Source of the DNA: Laetmonice hystrix
Lineage: Eukaryota
NCBI GenBank assembly: GCA_965235115.1
Contig: OZ249436.1
Coordinates: 27,218,001 to 27,282,000 of the forward strand
Direction: 5' to 3'
DNA length: 64,000 nucleotides
The position numbers were made by a program, and so were the translations under genes. Under the pieces are notes generated by a model. That model did no database searches, was not told the DNA's origin, and saw nothing but the letters and a program-made list of their open reading frames with translations. Each line of letters starts with the position of its first letter. Positions within the stretch are counted from its first letter, which is position 1. Positions 60,369-64,000 of the stretch are shown here, in pieces.

Positions 60369-62739
60369 GGGGGTGTTTCACTAACAGCGACGGACAGTCC
60401 GACCAGACGACGGACCATGTCCGACCCAGTCGGACCGTCCGTGTTTTGAAAAAAGTTTTTCACTAAACTGTCCGACCCGGTCGGACTGTCCGACTTTCTA
60501 GGACAACTCTAGGACAACTCTACACGGCGGTCGGACCAAAAAACATGGCGGACCAACTACTGTTTGATTCTCGACATGTCCACTTTGGCAGCCAATTTGT
60601 GAAATTCCGTCGTCCTTACTAATGTTTAAAGTGCACTCCTCCTGTCGTGAATGTTTTCATATTTGTATTCCTACCTTTATTAGATGTATCTGATAACTAT
60701 AGCATTCACAGACATCGATTGTTTACAAGTGAACCGATATTCTGCAAGCATGTGGCTGTGCCAGATTGACCCACTTAGATTGTGACGTTATCTTCTCAAA
60801 CCTCAATATATGACCCGGAAGGAAAAAATTGACCGTGGGTCGGGAACGTTAGCAACGTATCTGTGGCCGAAAAGTGACAGGTTTTATATCTATTAAATAT
60901 ATAAAATCTGCATCATACAGGCTAATAATGGAAGATCACACAATAAAAATCAGTGAGAGCTATTGCCGAGTGAGAAAATGTCTCAAAACATCTTTTGTAC
61001 GTCACAAATCGCCAGAATATATAAGTAGATCAAGGCTTGGGGAATGCATGTTTGTTCGACGTGGTATTGTGACGTCACCCTTTGTCTATTGTTATGTCGG
61101 CATGGCAGCGTCGGACAGTCCGACTCCGTCGGACCATGGTAGGATGAGCTTAGTGACGGGCGATTCCATGAAAAAGTGGACAACATAAAAAAAAAAAAAA
61201 TGTATGAATTGTTTCAAAAATTTAATTTTACAATCCTAAGAGCCTATATTTTAGAATTTCACATTAATTTTTAAAATCCCATTTCAGTCGTACCATAAAT
61301 TAACCCCTTTAACCCCCAAGCGACCGATTTTGGGATTTTTTAGTAAATTTACATGCTATTTTTAAATCAGATAAAGTAAAGTACTTTGACAGGTATTATG
61401 ATTTACTGCACATTTATTGCTTCACTGAGATGCATTCTAGTATTTAAAATCTAATTTGAAGTAGTTACAAGTTATTTTAGTTCGTAATCTTAATTTTAAA
61501 AATGGCGGACTGATATGTCCCGTACAACACAAAATCAAGACAATTTATTATGCTGAAGGAGTATGGGATTTTAAAAAACTACTAAATCAAGGATACTCTA
61601 ACCTCATGATAAAAGCAATAAATTGGGATAGTATTGTTTGGTAATTCCTCTTAACTTTTAGTAAATAACAACTTTTCTTCTGTCCCGTACAACACTTTGT
61701 CCCGTACAACACGATGTACATGTCCCGTACAACACAGTTCAGGAAGTACGTTAGTTGCTGCCTACCCCCTATGGCTGCCAAAATAAATTAAAAACTCATG
61801 AGGTGTGTGAATTCCATTGTCCTCCATCCCCCAGGTTGTTGACACAGACATTTTTTGTGGATTTTCGTGTTTTTTTAAAGATTCAAATGGCACCAAAAAA
61901 GGCACTAAATTTGTGTCAAAATTCGGAAATTTTCCTACCTTTGGCCACAAAATTATAAGTTTCAGGGATTTTGATATTTTCTCCTGTTCATGGAAATGTA
62001 TGCCGTAGGATTATTACCTGAATTGTTTCAAAAATTTAATTTTCAAGCCCAGAGGGTAATGTCCCAAACCTACATGATGAAATCGGGGGTCCCGGCCAGA
62101 CCAGGCCCCAACCGTGCCCAGTTGCCCCGCCATTTTGTTCACAGTCCCTTTTTTCATAAGGTGCTTACATTTGAGTAATTATAAGTTTGTTCATTTTCTT
62201 TTAAGTTTACATTCTAAATGAAGGATAAAAATGTCCCGTACAACACTTTTCGGTGTGTCCCGTACAACACACCACTTTTTCTGATGCTGCCCGTAAACTA
62301 AGACAGAAAGAAGAATCAGTGTATATAATTTAATTAGAGACACCATCCAGGTTCTATTCTAGAGTAACGAAAATACAATGATGTAAGCAAGTTCACAGAC
62401 TTTTTTGAAAATATCACCCAATATCAGAAGTTATGTCCATTTTGGTGTCCCGTACAACACGGAACATTTTTTCGAATATGGGGCTATGGTGACAGATAAA
62501 TGTTGAATTGGTATTACCTGTCATTCACCTGGGTGGTAACCCATATAAAACCAATATAACCACCTAACTTTTATAAGGCATATTTAGCACAGAGGGGGGA
62601 AACTGCTCTGAATGTCCCGTACAACACACTGTGGAATCGCCCTGAAACACTTTTTGGACACTGTCCGTCGCATGTCCGACTTTTCAAGGGACGGACGGTC
62701 CGACTGGGTCGGACTAAAGCTTGTTAGTGAAACACCCCC
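60369..62739. mobile_element. Harbinger-like element (GGGGGTGTTTCACTAAC TIR, GTCCGAC/GTCGGAC palindromic repeats)
   Basis: TIR match at both ends; flanks CAG/CTG. Confidence 0.7.
61158..62642. mobile_element. Harbinger-like element (GGGCGATTCCA TIR) with 8 copies of GTCCCGTACAACAC
   Basis: TIR GGGCGATTCCA / TGGAATCGCCC. It splits a TTAGTGAAACAC motif of the host element, with TGA on both sides (left side TGAC). Confidence 0.7.
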
Positions 62740-63084
62740 CTGGATCTGCCCCTGGCTCTTGAAATAAAACAGCTCTGTTTAGTGTTCACTTGGACTACGC
62801 GTCAAATGCAGTGACGTAGCCAGGTATCCACCGGGGGGCAAGGGTGCCAAAGGCACACCTCACCTGGGGTGGGGGTGGGGAAAGGCATGCCCGGCCACGT
62901 ACCCCAGCCCCAAAAGTTTGGAAATGTACGATCGTATTGCAGGCTATCTGTTTAAACTGTTGCATACTGCAAACAATAATATTTAAAGGTATGTTTTTAG
63001 GACTTATTTAATGCATTAACGCAGTACATTTGGCAAATGCTGGGCTACACTACCATGACTACTGCTGGTCACCATGCATCAGTG

Positions 63085-63370
63085 CAGTGGCGTATCCAGA
63101 AATCCAAATTTTTTAAGGGGGGGGGGGTTCCGAAGTTTAGGTACGGTACTTCAGAGATGGCCATTGGCATGAGGCCATGGTTCTCTGGGAAATTAAAAAA
63201 AAAAAAGACATTAAATGATGCAATCTCGGGACATCTTGTGCGGAAATATAAAGCCAGGTTTCCTTGCATTTTAGATTTTTACACCCCATTTTTTTCACTA
63301 AAATGTCCTGCATTAATAGTAATTTTTTAAGGGGGGGGGGGGTTCTGAAACCCCCCTGGATACGCCACCG
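63085..63370. mobile_element. hAT-like MITE, same family as 22096-22365
   Basis: CAGTGGCGTATCCAG ... CTGGATACGCCACCG; shared internal sequence GTCCGAAGTTTAGGTAC...CAGAGATGGCCATT. Confidence 0.85.
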
Positions 63371-63509
63371 ACCATAGACATACATAGAGAGTCTACAGCG
63401 AAAACCCAAGCAACCAAGCAAGACCAAGTCCACTCGATGGGACCGACCCATCCACTCCAACTTCCAAGACAAGAGGGTCCCGACGAGTCGCCAACACCGG
63501 GCCTTCCAT

Positions 63510-63872
63510 GCTCGCCAGTCGTTTCGGCCGCCTGCCAGTTCGGCCGCCCGTATATTGTAGTGACCAGCTTCACCACGGGTCGCTGCCGCGGTGCTACTGC
63601 TACTGGTCACTCAATCGGCCGCCGCTCGAAATCGGCCGCCCGTAATAACCTACAGACGATCGGGCTTTGCACGCAGCACCCCCCGGCTCTGCCGTCGGAG
63701 CCGCCCGCACCCTAGGCCTAACCTTAACCTTAACTCTTCTGGTCGGGTCCGGCCGCCCGTAATTTACGCGCGGCCGACTTCGATCGGCGACCGATTTCGA
63801 TATAGGCCCCTACACCCTAACGTTAACCATACGGGCGGCCGAACCGGCAGGCGGCCGAAATGGACGCACACC
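63510..63872 (-). mobile_element. Second copy of the 8-bp-TSD sub-TIR element (inverted relative to 31865-32231)
   Basis: Reverse complement of copy 1 over its length; TSD CCTTCCAT on both sides. Confidence 0.8.
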
Positions 63873-64000
63873 CCTTCCATTGGGGGCCCGTTGCATAATA
63901 AAATCCCCGCCCGCTCCGTTAAAATGCCCCGTTAAAATAGCGGGGACCTTTTAGGTGCCCGTTAAAAAACAATAGTTAACGGGAACTTTAGCGGGTGGGA

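Larger units (their letters stand above)
60109..62754. mobile_element. hAT-like MITE expanded by two nested insertions
   Basis: Ends CAGGGGCGGAT / ATCTGCCCCTG; flanks GTTCT/GCTCT. Confidence 0.7.

Noticed and set aside
1-64000. tRNA, rRNA or snRNA genes
   Set aside because: None recognised by eye; tRNAscan-SE and Infernal were not run.

Overview
Eukaryotic (bilaterian, probably marine invertebrate) genomic window. It has spliceosomal introns, many DNA-transposon relics and one N-gap (44421-44597). Host genes: the 3' four exons of a CaMKIV-like kinase (+); complete sorbitol dehydrogenase SORD (-, 8 exons); an unusual gene (-) with a 21x22-aa acidic repeat exon spliced in frame to a stand-alone PARP1 PADR1/Zn3-like domain with no catalytic domain, partly tandem-duplicated; an 8-finger C2H2 zinc-finger gene (-); a ~1146-aa Pmp/beta-helix + Cys-rich + multi-TM surface protein (+); and exons 2-4 of PCLAF/PAF15 (-). 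The first 9.6 kb is two DIRS1-like tyrosine-recombinase retrotransposons upstream of the first visible kinase exon (intronic by inference); the second ends 8 nt from the splice acceptor. Other mobile DNA includes Ginger-like, hAT-like, Harbinger-like and 8-bp-TSD elements, often nested, and a Tc1/mariner relic carrying a piece of the neighbouring gene's CDS inside its TIR. Repeated 6-bp TA->TAGGCCTA / TA->TACATGTA insertions are visible between paralogous copies. All family assignments come from motif recognition by eye; no database searches were run.
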